A stretch of 64,000 nt of DNA, from NCBI GenBank assembly GCA_963728565.1, contig CAVSLC010000021.1, positions 32,001-96,000 of the forward strand, written 5' to 3'. Shown piece by piece: positions 43,300-53,139 of this stretch (position 1 is its first letter; every line of letters starts with the position of its first letter). The notes under the pieces were generated by a model. The model saw only the letters and a program-made list of their open reading frames with translations, did not search any database and was not told the origin of the DNA. This DNA comes from an uncultured delta proteobacterium (GTDB lineage Bacteria; Desulfobacterota; Binatia; UBA9968). Both the position numbers and the translations under genes were made by a program.

Positions 43300-44048
43300 G
43301 GCCAAACAAAGTTGGGCAAAGTGCTGTTCTCTAGCACCCGATAATTTGTCAGATCGACCTGTAGCGGAGTCACCGAAACATATCCCTCATGAACTGCCAT
43401 GCAATCAGTGCCGTCTTCTTTGTCAAAGCCAAGGTCATCGCCGCCTATCCAGTAGTATTTGGCGCCCCGAGGATCGACACGTTCGATAATATTCTCACTG
43501 TAATGACGCTTCCCCATCCGGGTTAAGCGCCAGCCTTTGAGCTCGGATTTCGGCAGCGGCGGCACGTTCACATTGAGAAGGGTTTCGGGCGGAATACCCC
43601 CAGTCTCCTGGATGCTCGAGACCAAGAAGGCGGTAAATTCTGCCGCGGCACGAAAATCAAAATCACGGAAGGTAACCAACGATACGGCAACTGACGGGAC
43701 AGTTAGCAAGGCTCCTTCGATGGCGGCTGAAACGGTTCCGGAATAAATAATGTCATCGCCGAGATTAGGCCCTTTGTTGATGCCCGATACGACCAAATGG
43801 GGACGAACCGGCAAGAGGCCGGTCAACGCTAGTTTAACGCAGTCGCTTGGGGTTCCGTTGACTGCCAGACGCCGCGGCGCAACTTCTTGCACGCGCAACG
43901 GCCGATGGAGGGTCAATGCATGGCTCATGGAACTCTGCGCACGATCGGGTGCGACAGTGAAAATCTCGCCGACAGGGCGCAGCGCTTCTTCGAGGGCGAT
44001 GATTCCTTCCGATTGTATGCCGTCGTCGTTGGAGATCAGAATGATCAT
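43296..44048 (-). CDS. surE: 5'/3'-nucleotidase SurE
   Basis: ILISNDDG, GTPSDC, SGINKGPNLG, YSGTV. Confidence 0.97.
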   Translation of the reverse strand: MIILISNDDGIQSEGIIALEEALRPVGEIFTVAPDRAQSSMSHALTLHRPLRVQEVAPRRLAVNGTPSDCVKLALTGLLPVRPHLVVSGINKGPNLGDDIIYSGTVSAAIEGALLTVPSVAVSLVTFRDFDFRAAAEFTAFLVSSIQETGGIPPETLLNVNVPPLPKSELKGWRLTRMGKRHYSENIIERVDPRGAKYYWIGGDDLGFDKEDGTDCMAVHEGYVSVTPLQVDLTNYRVLENSTLPNFVWP

Positions 44049-44176
44049 TGCACCTATGATGGCAAAGAAGCTCGACAGGGACAAGCATCTGGTTGATTGC
44101 CCTGGCGATTCTCAAGCTTGTATGACGTCAATCCGAAGGGTATAGGTTTCTAGGCGAACCAAGGAGAGTTTTACCT

Positions 44177-45427
44177 ATGGCAAATGCCGAGATCGTGGCA
44201 ATCGGTTCCGAGTTATTGCTCGGGCAGATCGTCGACACTAATTCGGCCTGGATGGCGCAGCGGCTGACTGCATTGGGAGTAAATTTGTATTTCACTTCGG
44301 TGGTCGGCGATAACCCGGGCCGTATGCGCGAAGTAATCCAGCGGGCATTAGAACGAGCCGATATCGTTATTACCAGCGGCGGACTGGGGCCCACTCAAGA
44401 TGACTTGACGAGAGAGATTGTCGCTGAGGTGACCGGCCGCAAACTCATTCTGGACGCCGGCTTGCTAGAACAGGTCGAGGAGCACTTCCGCCGCCGCGGT
44501 CGGACCATGACACCCAATAACCGGCGTCAGGGATACATGCCCGAGGGAGCGATTCCGGTAAAAAATCCCAACGGCACCGCGCCATCTTTTATCGTCGAAG
44601 ATCCTCGCGGCGTTGTTTTTTCGCTTCCCGGAGTTCCCGTAGAACTTAAATGGTTGTTCGAGAACGAAGTCGAACCTTATCTGCGCAAGAAATTTAACCT
44701 GGCTGAAGTCATTCATTATCGTGTGTTGAAGGTCGTCGGCATCGGCGAGAGCGCCGTGGACGATAAGATCGGCTATCTGATCGCGAACTCCAGCAATCCG
44801 ACCGTCGGCGTTCTTGCCCTGCCGGGACAAGTCGATGTTCGGATTGCCGCCAAGGCCGCCAACAAAGATCAAGCGATGAACCTTATCGCGCCCGTAGAAG
44901 CCGAGGTGCACGGGCTGTTGGGTAATGCGATCTTTGCCGCTGATCAAGAGACGATGGAGGATGTCGTCGGCAGGTTACTTCGTGCTCGTAACAAAACGGT
45001 CGCGGTTTATGAAGATCTCACCTGCGGCAATTTATCGGAACGCTTACAGGTCGCAAGCACGGAAAGCTTTGGCGCTGGGGTTATTTGCAACAGCGAGGTT
45101 GCAATCCGTAGCCTGTTGACGCACGGGCGCGATCCAGCACGAACAGATGCGTTGATCCAGGATCCGGCGGCGCTAACCGACGAGCTTGCCTGGTCCGTGC
45201 GGCACCAAGCAAAGTGTGATTTTGGCCTGGCGCTTCATGCAGTGACCGACCCCGACAGCACGGTGCAGAACCTTGCGCGCGGCCAGAGCTATATTGCCCT
45301 TACCGACGGCGATAATTTCATCCGACGGTTGAGCACCTCAGCCGGTCGCGGACCATACGACCGCAGCCGCATGACTCTTAACGCCCTCGATCTGCTACGC
45401 ACCGCGTTGCTCGAAGGGCTGGGTTAG
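44177..45427 (+). CDS. cinA: CinA-family protein (MoCF-like N-domain, degenerate PncC domain)
   Basis: IGSELLLGQIVDTN, GGLGPTQDD, LPGVP.E. Confidence 0.88.
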   Translation: MANAEIVAIGSELLLGQIVDTNSAWMAQRLTALGVNLYFTSVVGDNPGRMREVIQRALERADIVITSGGLGPTQDDLTREIVAEVTGRKLILDAGLLEQVEEHFRRRGRTMTPNNRRQGYMPEGAIPVKNPNGTAPSFIVEDPRGVVFSLPGVPVELKWLFENEVEPYLRKKFNLAEVIHYRVLKVVGIGESAVDDKIGYLIANSSNPTVGVLALPGQVDVRIAAKAANKDQAMNLIAPVEAEVHGLLGNAIFAADQETMEDVVGRLLRARNKTVAVYEDLTCGNLSERLQVASTESFGAGVICNSEVAIRSLLTHGRDPARTDALIQDPAALTDELAWSVRHQAKCDFGLALHAVTDPDSTVQNLARGQSYIALTDGDNFIRRLSTSAGRGPYDRSRMTLNALDLLRTALLEGLG

Positions 45428-45540
45428 ACTGAGCACATCCCGATTGCTCCATCTGCTTTCGTAGCCTCTTCACAAACGCTCGGGGTCGAAAGCCGATCGG
45501 TCGAGTTTCAGTGGAACGCTCGGCGGTCAGCTCAGCCGTG

Positions 45541-47334
45541 TCATAAACCTTCAGCCACTAACATCTCCAAACGCGCTAAAGGTTCTTCGATTGTGTCAAT
45601 TGCCTCAGCCCAGAATTGCGGCTGTTCTATATCCCGGCCGATTGTGTGTTGAACCAGGTTTTCTGCCGGCTCGGCGCCGGCCAGACGCAAGAACTCCTCA
45701 TACTTCGGTAGAAATTTGCCCGGGTCTTTTTTGAACATCCGGTAAAGCGCGCGGCTGAGCAGATATCCGAAAGTGTAGGGGAAATTATAGAAGGTGATTC
45801 CCGTGATGTAGAAATGCAGCTTAGAGGCCCAAAAGTAGGGATCCTCCGCGCCAACCTCAAGCACGTCGCCAAAAATTTTTCGTTGAGTATCGACCATGAG
45901 TTCTTTTAAACGCGAAACGCTCAGCGGGCCGTTGGCGCGCTCCTCATAGAACGCCTTTTCAAATTCGTAACGGACCGGAATGTCCAAAAGGTAAACTGCT
46001 CCGTGTCCCGTTTCGATATCCAAGATCAAAGCCTTCTGCGCTTGGCTTATGGCGGGATCGTCCAGAATGCCGTTCATCAGAACTTGCTCGCCAAAGGTGG
46101 ATGCGGTTTCCGCCAAGGTCATCGGATATCCGCGACTATAAGGGCGCATGTCACGCATCATGGCGGCATGATAGGCATGCCCGGATTCATGCGCGAGAGT
46201 GAGCACATCGCCCAATGATTGATTGTAGGTCATAAAGATTCGAGACTCTTTGGTGAGCATCGAACTCGTGCAGAATCCTCCGGGACGCTTGCCGGTGCGG
46301 GGCTCCCAGTCCACCCAATTCTTTCCGATGACCTGCTGCTCGAAGAATTTCCCAAGGGCGGGATAAGCGCGCTCGAAGGATTTCCCGACCAGGGATGTAG
46401 CCCTCTCCCAGGAGAGCTTCTCTTGGCCTGGCAACTCGAGCGGAGCGCCGACATCGAACCAGGCAAGGCTTGGCCGCGCCAACAGCTTGGCCTTGAGACG
46501 GAGAATCTTTCGCGGCACCTCGAGCTTTGAGAATAACGCCTCAAACATGGCATCCAGCGTTTTGCGAGTGATTGAAGCCTGGAATAGGGCAATCTCGAGG
46601 AAGTGGTCGACCTGCCGATAGCGGTTGAGCGTTAGCCGCGTGCCGGCAATCGCATTCAACGCCGCCGCAGCCATATCTTCGATGCCTCGCCAGGCCGCAT
46701 TGCCGCCCTCGAAAGCCGCTTCGCGTACGCGACGATCAGGATCTTCCAGCAACGAGCGGCGCTGCGAAACCGGCAAGCGATGGCGCTTGCCGTCGGGAAA
46801 CAGCATGTCAAATTCCAACTTCGATGAAACGGTATCGTAAAGTCGGCCCCAGGCTTGAATGCCGTCAACTCCGAGGTCGGTGGCCAAAATCTCATTCTCC
46901 GGTGTCATGGCGCGCCGCGCTTCCTGGCGCATCCTGTTTAGGTAATTTCGCGCGCCGTCCAATGCCGGCCGCGCCGTGAATGCCGTGAATGTTTCATCCC
47001 CGGCTTCTTTAATCGCCCGGAGAAATTCGACTCGCAGTTTGCTCAACTCGGCTCTCATTCCCACCAGTTCGGCTTCTTCTTTGAGGTAGGATTCGTTGCG
47101 CGCGTCCGAGGAAGCGAGGCAACTGATGTACGAGCCGAGATGCGACATGCGCTGGAGAATGTCTTCATTGCGCAGCAATACGCGCTCCCAACTGGCGGAG
47201 CTTTCAGTTGCCAACGGCGGCAGCGCGGCCGCTTCCGCTTTGAGCGAAGCGACATCGCTGGCCAGCCCTTGTTTGAACCGGCGCATTTCCGACCCATTGA
47301 ATGCAGGAAAGTAGCTTGCAAGATCCCAGCTCAT
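45541..47334 (-). CDS. M3B oligoendopeptidase F
   Basis: TLAHESGHAYH, AETAS.F.E, FYNFPYTFG. Confidence 0.93.
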   Translation of the reverse strand: MSWDLASYFPAFNGSEMRRFKQGLASDVASLKAEAAALPPLATESSASWERVLLRNEDILQRMSHLGSYISCLASSDARNESYLKEEAELVGMRAELSKLRVEFLRAIKEAGDETFTAFTARPALDGARNYLNRMRQEARRAMTPENEILATDLGVDGIQAWGRLYDTVSSKLEFDMLFPDGKRHRLPVSQRRSLLEDPDRRVREAAFEGGNAAWRGIEDMAAAALNAIAGTRLTLNRYRQVDHFLEIALFQASITRKTLDAMFEALFSKLEVPRKILRLKAKLLARPSLAWFDVGAPLELPGQEKLSWERATSLVGKSFERAYPALGKFFEQQVIGKNWVDWEPRTGKRPGGFCTSSMLTKESRIFMTYNQSLGDVLTLAHESGHAYHAAMMRDMRPYSRGYPMTLAETASTFGEQVLMNGILDDPAISQAQKALILDIETGHGAVYLLDIPVRYEFEKAFYEERANGPLSVSRLKELMVDTQRKIFGDVLEVGAEDPYFWASKLHFYITGITFYNFPYTFGYLLSRALYRMFKKDPGKFLPKYEEFLRLAGAEPAENLVQHTIGRDIEQPQFWAEAIDTIEEPLARLEMLVAEGL

Positions 47335-47662
47335 AAGTTTTCACTCCGCTGCTGTGAAGTCGAATCCGAACACATCCCACGAATTGCTGCTCCGGTGCCG
47401 TAGAACCGCAGGCTCGACGACGTCGGTTCTTTTGCTGCGATTGCATTTCATGCCGAGGGAAGAAATCACAAAAGTTTCGACTGAACTCCGAACCGCAGAC
47501 GCCGGCTGCGCTTTACAAGTAGCCTGGTCTAAACTTTACTCGACCATTGCAATCGTCCAATGAACCAGTGGCGCCAAAATTTCGCTAATCTTGAGGATTC
47601 GTCGGGAACCCGTGACAGAGCAGAGAGACCGTCTTCATCGACCGGCTGAAATGCTCGTTCTC

Positions 47663-48565
47663 TCAGAGACTTATCACCATGCCTTCGGCGGCAGCCGTTG
47701 TCGAAGTGAAGCGCCGTCGCGCTAATTGCAAGATCTGATCGATACAACCGTCATCATGGGTCGGTTCGTGATGAAACAACACAAGTCGTTTGACCCCGGC
47801 TTGTTGGGCAACCACGGTCGCCGATTCAACCGTGCTGTGTCCCCACCCTTTGCGTGGATTTGCCGCCGATGTGTATTCCGACTCTAAGTATTGTGCGTCA
47901 TGTATCAACAAGTCGGCATCGCGCGCGAACTCGATGACGTCTGGATGACCGCCCGCTGTTTCCTCTAAATCTGTAGCGTAAACCAAACTTTTGCCTTGGA
48001 AAAAAACTCGATACAAAATTACGCCGTTGGGATGGGCGGGACTGTTATGGCTAAGAATGATTGGGCGCTGGTTATTGTCGGCCCTGTGACTAACGGCTTT
48101 GGTTATTCGTGGGGCCTGCCGGTTGTCGCGCAATTCGATATTCTCGCCGCCAACCAGCGACCAAATTGATTTTTTGGCATTAAGCCTGTCGAGCCCGATT
48201 GGAAAAAGCGCAGGCTCCATCGCCGCGCGCAAAGTTTCAGCCAAGGATCGTTTTCCCGAACCCGGCCCGAAAATGTTAATCCGGTTTCGTTTATCAAATA
48301 GCGGATCAAAAAAATAAAAGCCCGAGAGGTGGTCGTGATGTGTGTGGCTCAGAAAGAGATTCAAGCTTATCGGACTCTCGTGGTTTTTGACAAGCTCCTT
48401 ACCGAGTCCGATGATGCCGGTGCCGGCATCGAAAATGATCTGGTGCTTTCCCGCAATCACCTCGACACAAGAGGTGTTGCCGCCGTATTTCAGCGCATCG
48501 CGATGCGAAACCGCATAACTGCCTCGCACTCCCCAAAATTTGAGAGAGAAATTGCTTTGCGCCAC
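47663..48565 (-). CDS. MBL-fold metallohydrolase
   Basis: FWGVRGS, GGNTSC, SHTHHDH, GWGHS, LFHHEP. Confidence 0.9.
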   Translation of the reverse strand: MAQSNFSLKFWGVRGSYAVSHRDALKYGGNTSCVEVIAGKHQIIFDAGTGIIGLGKELVKNHESPISLNLFLSHTHHDHLSGFYFFDPLFDKRNRINIFGPGSGKRSLAETLRAAMEPALFPIGLDRLNAKKSIWSLVGGENIELRDNRQAPRITKAVSHRADNNQRPIILSHNSPAHPNGVILYRVFFQGKSLVYATDLEETAGGHPDVIEFARDADLLIHDAQYLESEYTSAANPRKGWGHSTVESATVVAQQAGVKRLVLFHHEPTHDDGCIDQILQLARRRFTSTTAAAEGMVISL

Positions 48566-48648
48566 TAGAGTTCACACCCGCTGCGCTCTTGATTGGTTGC
48601 CGTTGCCACTGAATGTTCTCTAGAAGTGGCTGAGATAATTTTATTATG

Positions 48649-48770
48649 CGCCATTGAAAAGGGCTCAGACGCCAGGCGCGCGGAGAATTGCCGAGCTGAG
48701 GCGTAGTTGTTTAGCAGGTTGAGGCGAGCCGTTTGAGCGCAAGCAAGCATATGAAGCTGTTCCAGCATCC
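48649..48770. mobile_element. Degenerate second copy of the ~120 bp MITE-like element
   Basis: TTGAAAAGGGCTCAGA...GGCGCG...GCGTA...TGAGCGCAA..AAGCA.ATG...CAGCATCC is colinear with 9611-9732. Confidence 0.45.
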
Positions 48771-48966
48771 TGTAAAATGTACCTTAAGCAACCCTATTGT
48801 GACAAACGGCGGCGGATCTTCGAGCGTTGATTACGTCGTTAACGTTAACTCTAAGCGACCTAAAGTCACGGCTGAGGCTGGTTTAGTGCGCGGCGGTGCT
48901 TTATGGTGGCTGGCAGAGCTGTGCTTGGCAGCTAATATTTCCCGTTAAACATAAGGAGAGAGCCTT

Positions 48967-49904
48967 GGTTCAGCGACTTCAAGCAAGCGACGGTCCGGAC
49001 ATCTTTCTTGAGGCGCCGCCGGCGCCAAGGCATAGGTTCCGGTCATTTATATTCGCTGCTCTTTTTCTAGTTGTCCTTGCATGGGCTTTTCAGGGCGCGA
49101 AGATCAGAGTGGGAGAATTGCTCGAAGGCATTCCGCAGATTGCCCAGACTCTTGCGCGCATGTTACCTCCCGACTTTTCTAAACTGACGGATGCAAACTA
49201 TTATTTTTTCCCGGCGAGAATTATCATGGCGCGAGCTCTTGCTGCCGGTGCCATTGTCCGAGGCGACCGCGCGTATCAAGCAGCGCTGGTGGAACAACAT
49301 ATTTCCGCAAACCGTGGTTGGGGCAACTTTGGAGACCGTGCAAATGGCGTTGGCGGGGACGTTCACGGCGTTGATTGTGGCGTTTCCGTTGGGATTTCTC
49401 GCAGCGCGCAATACCACGCCGCATCCACTGGTTTACCATAGTGTTCGCACTGTTTTGAATCTGCTGCGCACTGTGCCCGATCTGGCGCTGGGTCTCTTGT
49501 TCGTCGCCGCGGTGGGTCTAGGCGCTTTTGCCGGAACCCTGGCGTTGGCGATTCACACGGCCACCGTTCTGGGTAAACTGTTGTCGGAGTCCGTGGAGAA
49601 TATCGATGAGGGCGTGGTCGAGGCAATTCGCGCCACCGGCGCCGGCTACACCCAGATACTTTCCTTTGCCGTTTTACCGCAGATCCTGCCGGATTTGATC
49701 TCGTTTACACTGTACCGTCTGGAGACCAACATCCGAGCGGCCTCCGTGCTTGGTTTGATCGGCGCCGGCGGCATTGGCTACTTGATGAACACTAGCTTTC
49801 GCACCTTTCAATACCAGGAAGCGGCCGCCATCGTGCTTGTTCTGATTGCTCTCGTTATGCTAGTGGATTACCTCAGCTCGCGTCTAAGAACCCTGGTGGT
49901 GTAG
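48967..49904 (+). CDS. phnE: Phosphonate ABC permease PhnE (frameshift ~49215; start approximate)
   Basis: LRTVPDL, GKLLSE.VE.ID.G..EAIRATGA, RLETNIRAASVLG.IGAGGIG. Confidence 0.88.
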
Positions 49905-49926
49905 CACTCAGAAGGAAAGCTAACAG

Positions 49927-52176
49927 ATGAATTTGAAAGTTGTCGGTCGCCCGATCAGCCGCGTTGACGGATCCGATAAGGTCAGCGGCAACACGGTCTA
50001 TACCGCCGATGTGCAGCTGCCCGGCATGTTGTGGGGGAAATGTTTGCGCAGCCCCTATGCTCATGCCCGCATCGTTTCCATCAACACGGAACCGGCGAAA
50101 AAGATTAAAGGTGTGCGCGCCGTTCTGACCGGTAAGGATCTCCCGGATAAGCGAGTCGGACTGAGCCTGCAAGACACGCCGCTCCTAGCGATCGGCAAGG
50201 TGCGGTTTATCGGCGAGAAAGTTGTCGCGGTGGCCGCCGAAGATCGCGATGCTGCCGAAGAGGCTCTCTCGGTCATAGAAGTCGAGTACGAAGAACTGCC
50301 GGCTGTGTTCGATGCGCGTCAGGCAATGAGCAGCGCTGCGCCGCTGGTACATGAGGAATTGGCGACATACGCCGGTTTCAAAGCGCCGGGCGATGAAATT
50401 CCCAACGTCTTTGCCATGCAGAAATGGACCGCTGGAGATATCGCAGCAGGCTTCGATGAAGCGGATCTAGTCGTCGAGCATACTTTTAGAACCTCAGTTG
50501 CGCATCAAGCCTATATCGAACCGCACTCCGCGATCGTGGCCGTGGATAGCTCGGAGCGTGTCGATATCTGGGCGTCGTGCAAGGCGCCGTTCCGAGTGAA
50601 ATCACATCTGTCGCGCCAGTTGGAGATCCCCAAAGAGCAGATTCGCGTCCATGTCGTTGCCGTTGGCGGGGATTTCGGCGGCAAGGGCGCCTTGATGGAT
50701 ATCCCCATTTGTTACGAGCTCGCCAAGGCGACTCGAACACCGGTGAAAATGGTCATGACCTATGCGGAAGAGCTAGTCGCCGGCGATCCACGCCATTCCT
50801 CGATGATCAAGATCAAAAGCGGGGTCAAGAAAGACGGTACTCTCACAGCACGTGAAACCGAAGTAATCTTCGACAGCGGCGCGTATGCATCGTTTAAGCC
50901 CGGAGATCCGCCGAATCTCGGCGGGGCAACCTTTACCAATGGTGTCTACCATATCCCACATTACTCAATCCGGTCCTATGGCGTTTACACCAATTCTGTG
51001 CCGTGCGGCTATTATCGCGCTCCCGGCCAACCCCAGGCGGTGTTTGCAGCCGAATCTCATATGGATCTGATCGCCCAAGAGTTGCGGATGGACCCGCTCG
51101 AAATACGGCTAAAAAATCTCCTGCGCGACGGTGAGAAGTTAGCCGGCGGCCGAGCAGTGGATAAGGTGCGGGTGCGCGAAACTTTGCTTGCGGCGGCGCG
51201 CAAGGCCGGTTGGGGGAAAAAGAACGGCAACAATACCGGTCTCGGGATCGGCGTCTCGTTCCGGCATGTCGGCGGCTCCGGTAAAGCGAGCGCGGAGCTT
51301 TCTCTGTCCGCTGACGGTAAACTCAAGATCTTAACCGCGGTGCCGGATATCGGCACTGGAACGCATACCTTGCTGCGGCAAATCGCTGCGGAGGTTCTGA
51401 CAGTTCCGATCGAGCTGATTTGGACCGAAATCGGCGACACCGAAAGCTTTGAAAGCGACGCCGCTCCTGGAGGCAGCAAGATTACCAACATGAGCGGCCA
51501 TGTGGTGCTGCAGGCGGCGGAACAGCTGCGCCGGCGATTGAATCCTGTTGCCGCATCACTTCTCGGTTGCGCTGTGGCCGACGTAGTTCTGCGGAACGGC
51601 CGCTTCAGCAGCGCTTTGAATAAAAAGCGATGGATCGAATTTGGCGCCGTGGCGCAGGAAGCAACCAAGCCAAACGGGGAGCTGCGCATTCGTGAAACCT
51701 TCGAGGTAAAAGGCCGCTCACCGGTGCCGGCTTTTGTGGTGCAGATCGCCGAAGTCCAAGTCGATATCGAAACTGGCCAGCTGCGGGTAAAACGGATCGT
51801 TACGGCACACGATGTCGGCACAGTGATTAATCCCGTGGCGCATCAAGGCCAGATCGAAGGCGGTTTGGTTCAGGGATTGGGTTACGCCACTCTCGAGGAG
51901 GTGATGACCGAGAACGGCAAAGTTCTCACGACCAATTTAGGCGACTACCGCATTCCGTGCCCGCGGGATTTGCCGGATTTAGAAACGGTGCTCATCGAGG
52001 ATCCAACGGGCTCAGGTCCATTTGCCGCCAAGCAGATTGGCGAGAACGGGATTATCGCCACGGCTCCGGCGATCGCCAACGCGATCGCGGCTGCCGTGGG
52101 CGTGAGGCTGTTTGATATTCCTCTCACTGCAGAGAAAATCTACCGGGCTTTGAAACCGTCCACGCCTGCCGCATAG
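49927..52176 (+). CDS. Xanthine dehydrogenase-family molybdopterin-binding subunit (orphan)
   Basis: LRSPYAHARI, GGDFGGK, YRAPG, GQIEGG..QGLG. Confidence 0.92.
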   Translation: MNLKVVGRPISRVDGSDKVSGNTVYTADVQLPGMLWGKCLRSPYAHARIVSINTEPAKKIKGVRAVLTGKDLPDKRVGLSLQDTPLLAIGKVRFIGEKVVAVAAEDRDAAEEALSVIEVEYEELPAVFDARQAMSSAAPLVHEELATYAGFKAPGDEIPNVFAMQKWTAGDIAAGFDEADLVVEHTFRTSVAHQAYIEPHSAIVAVDSSERVDIWASCKAPFRVKSHLSRQLEIPKEQIRVHVVAVGGDFGGKGALMDIPICYELAKATRTPVKMVMTYAEELVAGDPRHSSMIKIKSGVKKDGTLTARETEVIFDSGAYASFKPGDPPNLGGATFTNGVYHIPHYSIRSYGVYTNSVPCGYYRAPGQPQAVFAAESHMDLIAQELRMDPLEIRLKNLLRDGEKLAGGRAVDKVRVRETLLAAARKAGWGKKNGNNTGLGIGVSFRHVGGSGKASAELSLSADGKLKILTAVPDIGTGTHTLLRQIAAEVLTVPIELIWTEIGDTESFESDAAPGGSKITNMSGHVVLQAAEQLRRRLNPVAASLLGCAVADVVLRNGRFSSALNKKRWIEFGAVAQEATKPNGELRIRETFEVKGRSPVPAFVVQIAEVQVDIETGQLRVKRIVTAHDVGTVINPVAHQGQIEGGLVQGLGYATLEEVMTENGKVLTTNLGDYRIPCPRDLPDLETVLIEDPTGSGPFAAKQIGENGIIATAPAIANAIAAAVGVRLFDIPLTAEKIYRALKPSTPAA

Positions 52177-52280
52177 TCGCTGCTAGCACGGTCGATAGTA
52201 AAGCATCGTAATCCTCGTAAACTGATGAGACAAATTTTTGCGCAGCGGGAAATAAGTTCATTTCGGGAGAAGCAACTTCG

Positions 52281-53132
52281 ATGATTCGTGCCGTAGGATT
52301 AGTGGCAAAATATCACGAGCCCAAGGCCACGGAGATGGCCCGTTGGCTAGTCCCGTGGTTAAAAAAACGAGGTCTGAAAGTTTACGTGGAAAATGGCATT
52401 TCCCGTAGCGGCGGTATTTCTTCGAGCAAGAAAGAGATGGCGGCCAGAGCTGATCTGATTATTTCCTTGGGCGGCGACGGGACGTTGCTCAATATCGCGC
52501 CGTTGGTCGAAAGGCCGGATGTGCCGATTCTCGGGGTCAATCTAGGCGGTCTCGGGTTCATCACCGAAGTTGCAGCCGATGAATTGGAGTCGGTTCTGAC
52601 GCAGACGTTGGAGGGTGAATACCAAACAGAGCAGCGCATGACTTTGGAAGTTCAGGTCCAAAGTAAAAACGGAAAAGCTCATCGCTTTCGCGTTTTAAAT
52701 GACGCGGTGATCACCAAAGGAGCGCGCAGCCGCATCATTAATCTGGAAACCTATGTCGATGGCGAATATTTATGTAACTACCGGGCTGACGGGTTGATTA
52801 TTTCGACGCCCACGGGTTCGACCGCTTATTCCCTCGCGGCCGGGGGGCCGATTTTGGCGCCGGCGCTCAGCGCCATCATCCTGACTCCTCTGTGTCCTCA
52901 CACTTTGACCAATCGACCGATCGTGGTGCCTGGTGTGGCCGGAATACAGGTTACGCTTCGCTCTTTTGGCGATACCGTTTTCTTGAGTCCCGACGGACAA
53001 CAGGGCGTTCGGCTCGAGAACGGCGACAAAGTCGAGGCACGCGACTACGGCCTGCCGGTATCCTTGATAAAGTTGCCGAGCCGCAGTTACTATGAAATTT
53101 TGCGCGAGAAACTGAAATGGGGGGAACGTTAA
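52281..53132 (+). CDS. nadK: NAD kinase
   Basis: GGDGT, LND, ADGLIISTPTGSTAYSLAAGGP. Confidence 0.97.
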   Translation: MIRAVGLVAKYHEPKATEMARWLVPWLKKRGLKVYVENGISRSGGISSSKKEMAARADLIISLGGDGTLLNIAPLVERPDVPILGVNLGGLGFITEVAADELESVLTQTLEGEYQTEQRMTLEVQVQSKNGKAHRFRVLNDAVITKGARSRIINLETYVDGEYLCNYRADGLIISTPTGSTAYSLAAGGPILAPALSAIILTPLCPHTLTNRPIVVPGVAGIQVTLRSFGDTVFLSPDGQQGVRLENGDKVEARDYGLPVSLIKLPSRSYYEILREKLKWGER

Positions 53133-53139
53133 GCGGGTC

